Positions 8,501 to 16,977 of a stretch of DNA of 52,986 nucleotides are shown here, one piece after another. A program made the position numbers and the translations under genes. Numbering within the stretch: the first letter of the stretch is position 1; each line of letters starts with the position of its first letter. Location: the NCBI GenBank assembly GCA_964592635.1, contig CAZQFZ010000004.1:1-52986 (forward strand), read 5' to 3'. The stretch comes from an uncultured Rhizobium sp. Lineage in GTDB: Bacteria > Bacteroidota > Bacteroidia > NS11-12g > UBA955. The notes under the pieces were generated by a model. That model was given only the letters and a program-made list of their open reading frames with translations. It was not told the origin of the DNA and did not search any database.

Positions 8501-10868
8501 TAGAACCTCTTAAGTCGCCGTCACCGATTCTTACTGTATCTGTAAGAATTTTAATACAAGATACTCCATACTCTAAAACTATCTTCAATGGATAAATCCC
8601 TGCTTCTTTGAATGTAAACTTCGCTCCTTGCGCATTTCTAATGGTATCGACACCCATAATCCAAAAATTCTTTTCTGGAAATCCTACCCCTCTTAATTGT
8701 ACAAAACCCGGTGAACACAATTCAAAATCCTCCCAACGAATCTGTACCGAGTTTAAATTTGTGGGTTCATATTCATACCTAACTGTATCCCAACAACCCG
8801 TTGAATCATGAAAAATCCACAAAGTTATTTTATGACTACTCCGTGAATCTAATATAACGGTATCTGTGTAAATCATATTTCCGTTATAATCCCAAAACCA
8901 TCTATTATACTTAACTGACTTATTATACAGTTTTAACTGATTTTTATTGCATATATCTAAATCAGCACCAATCTCTGCATAGGCCGACTTCAACCAAAAT
9001 GAATCACTTAGGTAGGCTGTATCTGGACATCCACGATGATAACCTATCAACATTGGATCTATAACTCCTGTATCTCTATCGTATTGCTTAAACAAATTAG
9101 ATCGTGAATAGGAAGGAGGAAAGCCAATCCAAGGTCCTACTATCTTTCTAAAATTATCATTAGGATCATCAAAAATCCATTTAAAACTATCAATGTATAA
9201 ACCTTTGTAATTGGTTGTATTTCTAAAATAAATGGGTTGGTTATTGCATATACCACCAGCTGAATCTAATTCAAAAGAAGGATCCACCTTCATTCCAACG
9301 TGAATCTTTCCATTGTACTGAAAAACACAATTCGGATGAACAATAATTCTATACTTATAATTGAAAACCCCCGTATCGTAAAAATCCTTCTCTACAGACC
9401 ATCCAATCATCGAATCGCCATCGGTAAATAACCATTCCACCCTCTTCACTTTACGATTAGAATTTAAATTAACCACAGATTGATTAAAAGTAAAAGGAAC
9501 GCAACCATACGTCTCACCATTTAACTGATGACTGAGTTTAGGCAGCTCAATTCGCTTATAGTAGAATGAATCAGTACAACCCTCTTTGGTTGTTACCCGG
9601 GCCATCACCCATTGATTTTTAGGTGAAAATATAATAGCACTTTGTGGGTTATTCTTACCTTGTAAAACTCTTTTTGAGGGATCATCTTCATCCATTGTAA
9701 ACCACTGAATTTGATCCACCTTCTGCGAATCTATATACTCAAATGATTCTGAATAAGGCACATTGCAAGGGAAAGAATCCGACAATTTGATTTTTCCATT
9801 CGGTCTATAATTCACCTTAATATATTCGAATTTTTCCACCGTGGCACTGCATTTTCGAAATACCGATACTACGGTAAGTTTTACTGTGTACTTTCCAATT
9901 TTGGTGTATTGTTTTGATGGGAAGGCTTTGGAGGATTGTGTTCCATCTCCAAAATCCCAATAATAATTCAAACCTCCGTTAAAGGTGCCAGAATTGGTAA
10001 AATTTACATTAAGCATACCACAACCCTGTGTTATATCCGCTTTGAAATCTATTTTGATTGGACCCAAATACAACTCGTTGGCTTTAATCATTGAATCTTT
10101 ACACCCATTTGCATCTACCACTACCAGTTTCGAAGTGTATGTGCCGAGTGATGTATATTTGTGACGAGGTTCAAATTGATTGGAATTCGTACCATCTCCA
10201 AACCACCACAAATAACGCAAACTGCTACCCGAACTTTGGTTTCGGAAAGGTATAGTTGTGGGAACCTGACAATCATATGCAGAATCTATTGAAAACAATG
10301 CCTTTGGTTTAGGATACACTTCTATAACACCTGTGCGAATTATTTTATCGGTACATCCGTTCGCATCTGTAATTACTAAGGATACCGTGTACTTTCCATC
10401 CTTGTTGTAGGTATGATTGATTGGGTCATTATTGCGAATGTTTCCATCCCCAAAATCCCAAGAATATTTAACAATATTGGTATCACCCCTTTGTGATGTA
10501 CTTGTAAATTTCACAGATTCCCCCAAGCAAATTGGACTCGCACTCAAATTAAAGCTAGCCGTGGGTTTTTTAAATACCCGAATGAACTGATTCTTGGTTT
10601 TAGAGTATTTCTGACCATTGGCATCCCAAACTTCCAAAGTGACTGTGTAAAATCCACTGGTTGAATATATGGCAGATGGTGATTGCAACGTGGAGGTATT
10701 CCCGTTACCAAATATCCAATTCCATCGAACCCAAGTGCCTGTTGTTACCTGAAAACCTGTAGTTAATGGTGCACATCCTTGAGCATTTGTTGTTGAAAAA
10801 TCCACCTGTGCTCCTGTAGAAAATATGCTAAACAGCAATAACCACAAAAGCAAAATTCGTTTCAACAT
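5595..10868 (-). CDS. Giant secreted or cell-surface protein (1757 aa): signal peptide, multiple PKD/Ig-like repeats, T9SS type-B (gliding motility-associated) C-terminal sorting domain
   Basis: N-terminal signal MLKRILLLWLLLFSIFSTGAQ. Repeated PKD signatures (W.FGDG/NG...H.Y...G.Y.V.L.V.D..GC) occur at least 7 times. The C-terminus FIPNAFTPNENNLNELFRPEG...IFNRWGEKLYD...GWDGRFHGDLVPEGVYIY matches the TIGR04131-type CTD consensus. Confidence 0.9.
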   Translation of the reverse strand: MLKRILLLWLLLFSIFSTGAQVDFSTTNAQGCAPLTTGFQVTTGTWVRWNWIFGNGNTSTLQSPSAIYSTSGFYTVTLEVWDANGQKYSKTKNQFIRVFKKPTASFNLSASPICLGESVKFTSTSQRGDTNIVKYSWDFGDGNIRNNDPINHTYNKDGKYTVSLVITDANGCTDKIIRTGVIEVYPKPKALFSIDSAYDCQVPTTIPFRNQSSGSSLRYLWWFGDGTNSNQFEPRHKYTSLGTYTSKLVVVDANGCKDSMIKANELYLGPIKIDFKADITQGCGMLNVNFTNSGTFNGGLNYYWDFGDGTQSSKAFPSKQYTKIGKYTVKLTVVSVFRKCSATVEKFEYIKVNYRPNGKIKLSDSFPCNVPYSESFEYIDSQKVDQIQWFTMDEDDPSKRVLQGKNNPQSAIIFSPKNQWVMARVTTKEGCTDSFYYKRIELPKLSHQLNGETYGCVPFTFNQSVVNLNSNRKVKRVEWLFTDGDSMIGWSVEKDFYDTGVFNYKYRIIVHPNCVFQYNGKIHVGMKVDPSFELDSAGGICNNQPIYFRNTTNYKGLYIDSFKWIFDDPNDNFRKIVGPWIGFPPSYSRSNLFKQYDRDTGVIDPMLIGYHRGCPDTAYLSDSFWLKSAYAEIGADLDICNKNQLKLYNKSVKYNRWFWDYNGNMIYTDTVILDSRSSHKITLWIFHDSTGCWDTVRYEYEPTNLNSVQIRWEDFELCSPGFVQLRGVGFPEKNFWIMGVDTIRNAQGAKFTFKEAGIYPLKIVLEYGVSCIKILTDTVRIGDGDLRGSIINKGGCLPMKVLFIDSTYNPKYKHFWYLSNGDTVWMDSQRVEFTIRNAFKDTVYAQLQSVFSRGCDGSKSYPINISGPGFAIRKQWQHACKTDSRFLGSLLFRNPPATGFQVSWDMGDGTRYSSQTVNHLYSQAGWFTIKVKVVDVGGCVAEQQDRVYFPGSRVRMNIGYRFEENKCPPIIAHFRDSTASYGVSIRKWLWDFGDSSYSTLQHPSHQYLIPGTYSVSLSITDSMGCIFTKKFIDLIVVPGPDGKFSFGPLTGCKPHKVDFTSVVNKQTVEMEWDYGDGFVRKGRDSLHVYHNPGTYIPYLIVYDSNGCKRAINPFDTIFVYPSPEVVLNRNGLCLRDSIYLKATYLDTKYPVVSCEWFQNSRLISRDSTFNYLFQEKQNRLLVISQNEKGCVDTSELQFRLNQPEINISSQRDTICLGQNWVGVAKVKTDTVLQKEYWMINDSLVWSNNRQLLIWPTSSQRIKIQYYVEDNTSCWDTAEKTKILAVGDTLAGEPPIFRRVSVVHDKAHELVLSKYRSFDFAGYDLYWNLGMDYSFLKRNTQLLDSYFINEPVNALSKVYCYKVASKNLCGKTQELDKLKEHCTVELSGLPLINASQLNWNSYRGWSVRNYNVYRKNLTTGMFDSIGVVGGNVNQFVDSSIVCYKKHEYRVVAKEDGGLREFSWSDTCHVLPIYINTVYPPKVKRVSVIDDSYTHLNWETNNLNTKRIDHYLINRKGNNSNAEKWWKINASQDSLIIRDKLVEVDRFSYVYQVKGIDECNDSSEYSNLAKSILLKVNLNENYETELNWNRYLLWNAGVKEYLVEVDQGNGFNEIGRVDSSRHTFVHPNRQFNCIKRLDYRITAIPDKPLSAVEKWSEISTSNVSSPVHRAKVFIPNAFTPNENNLNELFRPEGVFIQSYHLKIFNRWGEKLYDVDGCDHGWDGRFHGDLVPEGVYIYQCIVLGVNGERHVFSGDVTLLR

Positions 10869-10988
10869 AGGAGAAAGACGAAATTAAAACTTATTTAGTT
10901 GTTCTTTGCAAAAAACTATAAAAACCAATTAATAAGGCTCATTATTGTAAAATATTTCGATATTCCAACCATTCTTCGCAGCATTTGA

Positions 10989-11135
10989 ATTCATCGTCTG
11001 CGCTTAATCAATTGCAATCTGTTTCAATTCATCGTTCTGCGCTTAATCAATTGCAATCCGTTTCAATTCATCGTTCTGCGCTTAATCAATTGCAATCCGT
11101 TTCAATTCATTATACTGCGTTACCATCAATTGTTC
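10989..11135. repeat. 39-bp tandem direct repeat, three near-identical copies (10989-11104) plus a degenerate fourth copy
   Basis: The unit is ATTCATCGTTCTGCGCTTAATCAATTGCAATCCGTTTCA. The GCGCTT anchor recurs at 11000, 11039 and 11078, an exact 39-bp period. Copy 1 has a 1-nt deletion and one C-to-T change. Copies 2 and 3 are identical. 11105-11135 is a decayed copy. Confidence 0.9.
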
Positions 11136-11162
11136 GACGAGTTAATAATTGGCATTGTTTCA

Positions 11163-11200
11163 ATAAAAAAGGCCGACTTTACAGGTCGGCCTTATCATTT
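11163..11200 (-). terminator. Rho-independent terminator of the ribonucleotide reductase gene
   Basis: AAGGCCGAC (11169-11177) pairs with GTCGGCCTT (11185-11193), giving a 9-bp stem and a 7-nt loop. On the minus strand the hairpin is followed by TTTTTTATT. It lies about 35 nt after the nrdJ stop. Confidence 0.75.
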
Positions 11201-11229
11201 TACTAGCAAAAAGCTGTATTTTTCAATTC

Positions 11230-14200
11230 TTAGCTACAACCCAAACTGTTTCCACAATTCAAGCATTTGTAACATGTACCGCTTCTTACAGTTATATGTC
11301 CACAAACATTACATGCAGGTGCATCACTTTGTACCTCACGTAAATGGTCTTGCATATCTTTCACCGCACCATTTGCAGCCGCTTCGGCTTTTGCCGCACG
11401 GTTAACATCAAGAGAAACCATAGGTTCTGGGTTAAAAACTGGCGTAAATTCAGAAATAATAGGTACTTCATTTGAAATAGGAAGTTTCTGTTCTGAAGGT
11501 TTTATCTGTACTAAATCTTCGCGATTCAGATATTCAAATCCCAATAAACGGAAAATATAGTCCACAATAGAAGTTGCATTTTTAATGTTTGGATGACCCT
11601 CTACCATTCCACTAGGTTCGAAGCGTGTGAATGCAAATTTATCTACGAACTCTTCCAACGGAACACCGTATTGCAACCCTACGGAAATAGCAATTGAAAA
11701 ACAGTTCATCAAAGATCTGAAACTTGCACCTTCTTTATGCATATCAATGAAGATTTCACCTAAAGTTCCATCATCGTACTCTCCTGTTCTAACAAATATG
11801 GTTTGACCTCCAACGCGACCTTTTTGTGTAAATCCATTTCTTCTGTTTGGTAAGCGCTTTTTCTCAACAATATTGGACAACTGTCGCTTAAACTTCGTAT
11901 CAGTGCTCTCGTTCAAAATACGCTTAGCCGCTTCAAGTACGATTTCAGGAGTTAATTCCTCTGCCACACGCACCACTCTTTCTGCTCCAGCTTCTTTTGC
12001 TTCTATGCCATCTTTGTCTGCTTCTTCTTCCTTCGTTTCAGACTTATTGCTCAAAGGTTGACTCAATTTACATCCATCGCGATACAAAGCATTCGCTTTA
12101 AGTCCTAACTTCCAACTTAATTCATAACAACTCTTGATATCATCGTGTGTTGCTTCATTTGGAAGATTAATTGTTTTACTAATTGCACCAGAAATGAATG
12201 GTTGCGCTGCAGCCATCATGCGAATGTGTGCAAATGGATGGATATAACGAACACCAATATTTCCACAACGATTAGCACAATCAAATACAGGCAAATGCTC
12301 TTCTTTCAAACCTGGAGCACCTTCAACTGTCATGGTTCCAACCACATGCAAATTGGCTTCACTAATTTGCTTACGATCAAATCCAAGTTCCAAAAGCATA
12401 TTAAAGTCAGGTGCATTGTACTGAGCTGGTGATAAACCACAACGCTCCATACAATCTTCACCTAAAGTGAATTTATTGAATACAAAACCAATTTCAAATG
12501 CTGTAGGAGCGGCGGCTTCCAATTTCTCTATGTCCGAATCATTAAAACCTTTTGCTTTCAATGTGTTATGATTGATGTGCGGAGCTGTTGCAAAAGATTG
12601 ATACCCTTTAGCATAATTAACAATCGCCTCTACTTGTTCTTCCGAATAACCGAGATTCTTTAAAGCTACTGGTACCGTGTTATTTACAATTTTAAAATAT
12701 CCACCACCCGATAGTTTTTTGTACTTAACTAATGCGAAATCAGGCTCAATACCCGTGGTATCACAATCCATCAACAAACCGATGGTTCCTGTTGGGGCAA
12801 TTACGGTTGCTTGAGCGTTTCTAAAACCGTACTTCTCTCCCCACTGAACCGCCTTATCCCATGAATCACATGCCGATTTCAATAAGTAATCAGGACAATA
12901 TTTCTCATCAATACAAACTGGATTGACTCCCAAACCTTCGAAAGCCAATGGTGTATTGTAAGCCGCATATCTATGGTTACGAATTACACGTAACATATGC
13001 TTTTTATTTTTTTCATACATACGGAAGGGGCCTTTAGTGGCTGCCATTTCGGCACTGGTTGCGTATGCTGTTCCAGTTAAAATTGCTGTAACTGCACCAG
13101 CTATTGTTGTCGCTTCCTTACTATCATATGGAATACCCGCACTCATTAAAACAGATCCTAAGTTGGCATATCCCAATCCCAAAGTTCTGTAGTCATAGCT
13201 CAATTGTGCAACTTCTTTTGAAGGGAATTGTGCCATCAATACACTCACCTCTAAAACTACAGTCCACAATCTTGATGCGAATTCCAATTTATCCACGTCA
13301 AACAGACAAGTGTTTTCATCGAAAAATTTTCTCAAGTTCAAAGAAGCCAAGTTACATGCGGTGTTATCCAAGAACATGTACTCAGAACATGGGTTAGAAG
13401 CATTGATACGGCCACCTTCTGGACATGTATGCCATTCATTGATTGTATCATCGTACTGCACACCTGGGTCCGCACAACTCCATGCCGCATCTCCAATGGC
13501 ATCCCATACCTGTTGAGCAGGCAAAGTTTTCATGACCTCTCCAGTTGAACGTGCTTTGAATTCCCAATCTTCACCTTTTTCTAAACGCTCAAAGAATGAA
13601 TTCGGTATTCTAACTGAATTATTACTATTCTGACCAGAAACTGTGTTATAAGCTTCCCCTTCATAATCGCTAGGATAACCTCCCGCAATCAATGCAGCCA
13701 CTTTCTTTTCTTCCTCTTTTTTCCATTGGATGAACTCCATAGCCTCTGGATGATCTAAATCCAAGCAAACCATCTTCGCTGCTCTACGTGTAGTTCCACC
13801 ACTTTTAATAGCACCAGCAGCTCGGTCGCCGATACGCAAGAAACTCATCAAACCACTAGAAGTTCCACCTCCTGATAATTTCTCCCCAGCGCCACGAATG
13901 CGAGAAAAATTGGTTCCAACACCCGAACCGTATTTGAAAATACGAGCTTCACGAACCCACAAATCCATGATACCGCCCTCATTTACCAAATCATCATCAA
14001 CCGATAAGATAAAACATGCATGGGGTTGTGGACGCTCATAAGCACTGGTTGATTTCATCAACTTTTCGGTCTCTGGATCTACATAGTAATGACCTTGAGG
14101 CTTACCCGTAATACCATATGTGTGATACAAACCCGTGTTAAACCACTGCGGAGAGTTCGGCGCACTCTCTTGATTCAACATTGAATAAACCAACTCCTCG

Positions 14201-14571
14201 TAAAAAATCTGTGCATCCTCAGCGCTCGCAAAATATCCATGTTTCTCCCCCCAATAACGCCACGTGTCAGCCAAACGATGAACCACCTGCTTCACCGATG
14301 TTTCTGAACCTGTGCTACCATCCGCCTGTGGCACTCCCGCTTTTCGGAAATACTTCTGCGCCATAATATCTGTTGCAACTTGACTCCATCCCGCAGGAAC
14401 TTCCACGTTTTGCATTTCAAAAACGACACTTCCATCCGGCTTTTTAATAACCGATGTACGATAATCGTAATCAAACATGTCAAAAGGCGAAATCCCTTCG
14501 CGTGTGTTCATTCGAATAAACTTCAAACCATTGCCGTCAATGGTGGTGGGGGTGCTGGCTTTTTTTGTCAT
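11230..14571 (-). CDS. nrdJ: Class II (adenosylcobalamin-dependent) ribonucleoside-diphosphate/triphosphate reductase
   Basis: Active-site [21 protein letters not shown]. Also [21 protein letters not shown] and [16 protein letters not shown], plus a TSCPD-type C-terminal domain ([29 protein letters not shown]). The Cys-rich tail is [26 protein letters not shown]. The ORF track starts at TTG 14601. The ATG at 14571 ([10 protein letters not shown]) is preferred. Confidence 0.95.
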   Translation of the reverse strand: MTKKASTPTTIDGNGLKFIRMNTREGISPFDMFDYDYRTSVIKKPDGSVVFEMQNVEVPAGWSQVATDIMAQKYFRKAGVPQADGSTGSETSVKQVVHRLADTWRYWGEKHGYFASAEDAQIFYEELVYSMLNQESAPNSPQWFNTGLYHTYGITGKPQGHYYVDPETEKLMKSTSAYERPQPHACFILSVDDDLVNEGGIMDLWVREARIFKYGSGVGTNFSRIRGAGEKLSGGGTSSGLMSFLRIGDRAAGAIKSGGTTRRAAKMVCLDLDHPEAMEFIQWKKEEEKKVAALIAGGYPSDYEGEAYNTVSGQNSNNSVRIPNSFFERLEKGEDWEFKARSTGEVMKTLPAQQVWDAIGDAAWSCADPGVQYDDTINEWHTCPEGGRINASNPCSEYMFLDNTACNLASLNLRKFFDENTCLFDVDKLEFASRLWTVVLEVSVLMAQFPSKEVAQLSYDYRTLGLGYANLGSVLMSAGIPYDSKEATTIAGAVTAILTGTAYATSAEMAATKGPFRMYEKNKKHMLRVIRNHRYAAYNTPLAFEGLGVNPVCIDEKYCPDYLLKSACDSWDKAVQWGEKYGFRNAQATVIAPTGTIGLLMDCDTTGIEPDFALVKYKKLSGGGYFKIVNNTVPVALKNLGYSEEQVEAIVNYAKGYQSFATAPHINHNTLKAKGFNDSDIEKLEAAAPTAFEIGFVFNKFTLGEDCMERCGLSPAQYNAPDFNMLLELGFDRKQISEANLHVVGTMTVEGAPGLKEEHLPVFDCANRCGNIGVRYIHPFAHIRMMAAAQPFISGAISKTINLPNEATHDDIKSCYELSWKLGLKANALYRDGCKLSQPLSNKSETKEEEADKDGIEAKEAGAERVVRVAEELTPEIVLEAAKRILNESTDTKFKRQLSNIVEKKRLPNRRNGFTQKGRVGGQTIFVRTGEYDDGTLGEIFIDMHKEGASFRSLMNCFSIAISVGLQYGVPLEEFVDKFAFTRFEPSGMVEGHPNIKNATSIVDYIFRLLGFEYLNREDLVQIKPSEQKLPISNEVPIISEFTPVFNPEPMVSLDVNRAAKAEAAANGAVKDMQDHLREVQSDAPACNVCGHITVRSGTCYKCLNCGNSLGCS

Positions 14572-14645
14572 TTTGCGTTTAATTTTGGTTGGTTGTAACA
14601 ATGTATTTTCGAGTTTCCTTTGGGGCTAAATTTCACTCGGGATAA

Positions 14646-14653
14646 CAAAACTA
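14646..14653 (-). promoter_or_regulatory. Candidate -7 box TAGTTTTG for nrdJ
   Basis: The plus strand reads CAAAACTA. It sits about 75 nt upstream of the ATG at 14571. No good -33 TTTG was seen. Confidence 0.3.
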
Positions 14654-14684
14654 TCTCTCATTCTATTAATTCCAATTCCCATCT

Positions 14685-14737
14685 TATCCACACAATTGCA
14701 ACAAACCCAATAAAACCAAGGCATTGCAATGTGGATA
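14685..14737. promoter_or_regulatory. Imperfect inverted repeat (7+7 bp arms, 3-nt bulge, 22-nt spacer) containing the 10-bp palindrome CATTGCAATG; candidate operator upstream of nrdJ
   Basis: TATCCAC-aca-ATTGCAA (14685-14701) is complementary to TTGCAAT-GTGGATA (14724-14737). It lies upstream of the candidate nrdJ promoter in the divergent nrdJ/GGGPS intergenic region. Confidence 0.35.
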
Positions 14738-14880
14738 GTATTTAATTCGTTATATATCAATTATTTAACCCCAATTGATTGATAATCACTGCTCTAATTA
14801 ATCTTAAAAATTAGACATATTATTTTACCTATTGTGATACAATAACGCCCCTTTTTCCGTTAATTTGTACGAGTTATCGA

Positions 14881-15621
14881 ATGAGTATTCTTCAAACATT
14901 ATCAAATCAGAAAAAATCCAACTACAAAGGTTTAGCTGTACTCATCGATCCCGATCAGCACGGAAACCTAACCAATCGCATTTTTGATTTATCTCAACAA
15001 TTCGGTATTGAACTTTTTCTGGTTGGAGGTTCCTTACTTTCTGCCGGCATAACACAAAAATGTGTAACCGACCTCAAAAAAATGGGAGCCAAGAATGTTG
15101 TCCTATTCCCAGGCAACGAAATTCAGTTGTGCAACGAAGCTGATGCCATTTTATTTATGAGCCTCATCTCCGGCAGAAACTCAGAATTCTTAATCGGCAA
15201 ACAAGTAGTAGCTGCACCTTGGATAAAAAACTCCGGTATCGAAACCATTCCAACCGGTTACATGCTCATCGAATCTGGCAATATAACCTCCGCCCTTTAC
15301 ATGAGTGGAACTCTGCCTATCCCCAACAACAAACCCGATATTGCCGCCGCAACTGCTTTAGCAGGACAATACCTAGGCATGCAACTCATTTATATGGATG
15401 CAGGTAGCGGTGCACAGAATACTGTAAGTCAAGAGCTAATTCAATCAGTATATTCCAATTCCTCTTGCATTTTATTCGTGGGCGGAGGAATAAAAAGTGC
15501 TTCCCAAGCAAAACAAGCTTGGTTGAGTGGAGCTGACTATATTGTAGTAGGAAACGGAGTTTTTGAAAATCCTGATTTACTCAAAGAATTATCTTTAACC
15601 CAACAACAGTTAAATTCATAG
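14881..15621 (+). CDS. Geranylgeranylglyceryl phosphate synthase family protein (GGGPS/PcrB, TIM-barrel prenyltransferase)
   Basis: Family landmarks are present: VLIDPDQ, FLVGGS, LFPGN, YMDAGSGA, and VGGGIKSASQAKQAWLSGADYIVVGN (the C-terminal phosphate-binding GGG and VVGN). Confidence 0.8.
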   Translation: MSILQTLSNQKKSNYKGLAVLIDPDQHGNLTNRIFDLSQQFGIELFLVGGSLLSAGITQKCVTDLKKMGAKNVVLFPGNEIQLCNEADAILFMSLISGRNSEFLIGKQVVAAPWIKNSGIETIPTGYMLIESGNITSALYMSGTLPIPNNKPDIAAATALAGQYLGMQLIYMDAGSGAQNTVSQELIQSVYSNSSCILFVGGGIKSASQAKQAWLSGADYIVVGNGVFENPDLLKELSLTQQQLNS

Positions 15622-15624
15622 TTT

Positions 15625-16215
15625 ATGTTCGGCTATCCTTTTTCAATTCATTACCTGAAAACAAATACAACTCGAAGTGATCTCGCTCAAAAATTAACCC
15701 ACCAAACATTTTTAAGCGATGTAAACTATAAAAAAACACCAGGCACAAAATTTTTCTATGGCGAAGTCAGTCCCTTCGATTTTTCCCTAGAAACCATATC
15801 CAAAAACAAGCAACTATCTAACTTCGCTCATGGAAGATTCCTAGGTGCCGACCAAGACATGTACATCGAACTTAAAATCGGCGCGTTTCAACATCAACGA
15901 ATTTTCATTCTGCTTTTCTCACTCTTCCTTCTGCTATTTGGATTTACAGTGTATTACGCAGCTCAAGGCCCACAAGGATTTCAATACCCAGAACAGTTTT
16001 ACCAACAATACGGTTACAATACCAATATTTTCATTTACAACCTTACAACTCCTATTTCCTTGGTTTTAATAACTTTGCAAATTATTATTGGACTCTCTAT
16101 TGGGGTAAAATACTACAATCACCAAAGAGCTATTCCGACTACCATACAATGGTTCAACGAAACATGGAACGCTCAAGAAATTAGTAAAAACAATGTCCCC
16201 AGCGTGCTTCTTTAG
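15625..16215 (+). CDS. Hypothetical membrane protein (about 95-aa soluble N-domain plus 2 TM helices), translationally coupled to the GGGPS gene
   Basis: The ATG lies 3 nt after the GGGPS stop. The hydrophobic segments are IFILLFSLFLLLFGFTVYYAA and ISLVLITLQIIIGLSIGV. I recognise no family motif. Confidence 0.55.
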   Translation: MFGYPFSIHYLKTNTTRSDLAQKLTHQTFLSDVNYKKTPGTKFFYGEVSPFDFSLETISKNKQLSNFAHGRFLGADQDMYIELKIGAFQHQRIFILLFSLFLLLFGFTVYYAAQGPQGFQYPEQFYQQYGYNTNIFIYNLTTPISLVLITLQIIIGLSIGVKYYNHQRAIPTTIQWFNETWNAQEISKNNVPSVLL

Positions 16216-16235
16216 TCTAATTTTACTCTTACACC

Positions 16236-16910
16236 TTACCTAATACCATTTGATTTTAAGATCGTTAACAGATCCTTTTCCCATGATTCCTTGGGTATTT
16301 CAATGATTCTTCCCATTTCCTTACCCATATGGTTCATAACAATAACTAAAGGAACCGGACCCACCCCTTCATCTAAATTAGCGGGACTCAAATCAACAGG
16401 AATTTTATTCCTTCCAACACGAATATATTCTATTCGCTGTGCATTCAGTCCTATTTGATCCAAAACTTTATACAATGCTGGAACACCTGCATGAGTGTCC
16501 GAGCACCAATTACCACCAAAAACACGAATTATAAACGGTTGCTCAATGCACTTTAAATCGATAATAATAGCAGAATCGGGCAAATAACTTTCGTAATTCA
16601 CCATTAATACATTTAAAAATTCCCCTGCATAGCGCACCTCGTCTTCGCTTAAATTGCTCATTTTCAATTGGCTTTCTAATTGATTGTGCAGCTTATTGAT
16701 ACATGAACCCATAGTTTTCAATTTTAATTTTCTTTCTTTTATCTTCTCTTGGGATGTCAACTCGGCTGGTTGATCCGTTTGCTTCTCCGCTCGTTTTAAC
16801 GATGAACAACCCCATAATACCCATGAAAAAACCATGAACAGCAAGGCCAATTTAATGCCAATTTTGTTTGTTTGAAGAAGAACGATCTTTCTTTTAAATC
16901 CCAAAAGCAT
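16236..16910 (-). CDS. Thioredoxin-fold lipoprotein (Thioredoxin_9-like, single-Cys WCSD motif)
   Basis: A lipobox-like LWGCSS follows a signal peptide when the gene starts at ATG 16910 (MLLGFKRK...). FGGNWCSDTHAGVPALYKVLD resembles the WCGD-type thioredoxin-like family. The ORF-track start at 16991 would overlap ispB and is rejected. Confidence 0.6.
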   Translation of the reverse strand: MLLGFKRKIVLLQTNKIGIKLALLFMVFSWVLWGCSSLKRAEKQTDQPAELTSQEKIKERKLKLKTMGSCINKLHNQLESQLKMSNLSEDEVRYAGEFLNVLMVNYESYLPDSAIIIDLKCIEQPFIIRVFGGNWCSDTHAGVPALYKVLDQIGLNAQRIEYIRVGRNKIPVDLSPANLDEGVGPVPLVIVMNHMGKEMGRIIEIPKESWEKDLLTILKSNGIR

Positions 16911-16977
16911 AAAACAAAGATAATCCTCACTTAAGATATACCGCAAATCACACAAATTAATTACCTTCGCAACACCA

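Noticed and set aside
7409-8811. Several plus-strand ORFs of 60-94 aa inside the adhesin gene.
   Set aside because: They are antisense to a continuous 1757-aa CDS that has clear domain signatures, and they have no independent support.
10989-11135. A possible miniature CRISPR array.
   Set aside because: The repeats are directly tandem with no intervening unique spacers, and no cas genes occur in the window.
10985-11206. A 73-aa ORF encoding the repeated peptide SALNQLQSVSIHR.
   Set aside because: It is open only because the 39-bp DNA repeat is a multiple of 3 and happens to lack stops in that frame. It has a TTG start and no promoter or signal features. It also runs through the nrdJ terminator hairpin, so the signal is a DNA-level repeat rather than a gene.
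11230-14601. A possible intein or insertion explaining the large size (about 1113-1123 aa) of the class II RNR.
   Set aside because: The sequence reads as continuous RNR from the N-terminal region through the catalytic core, the TSCPD-type domain and the Cys-rich tail. I saw no Cys/Ser...His-Asn-Cys/Ser/Thr splice-junction pattern or homing-endonuclease motifs.
14572-14645. A cobalamin riboswitch in the nrdJ leader.
   Set aside because: No B12-box-like sequence is visible in the leader on the minus strand. B12 riboswitches typically control B12-independent alternatives rather than the B12-dependent enzyme.
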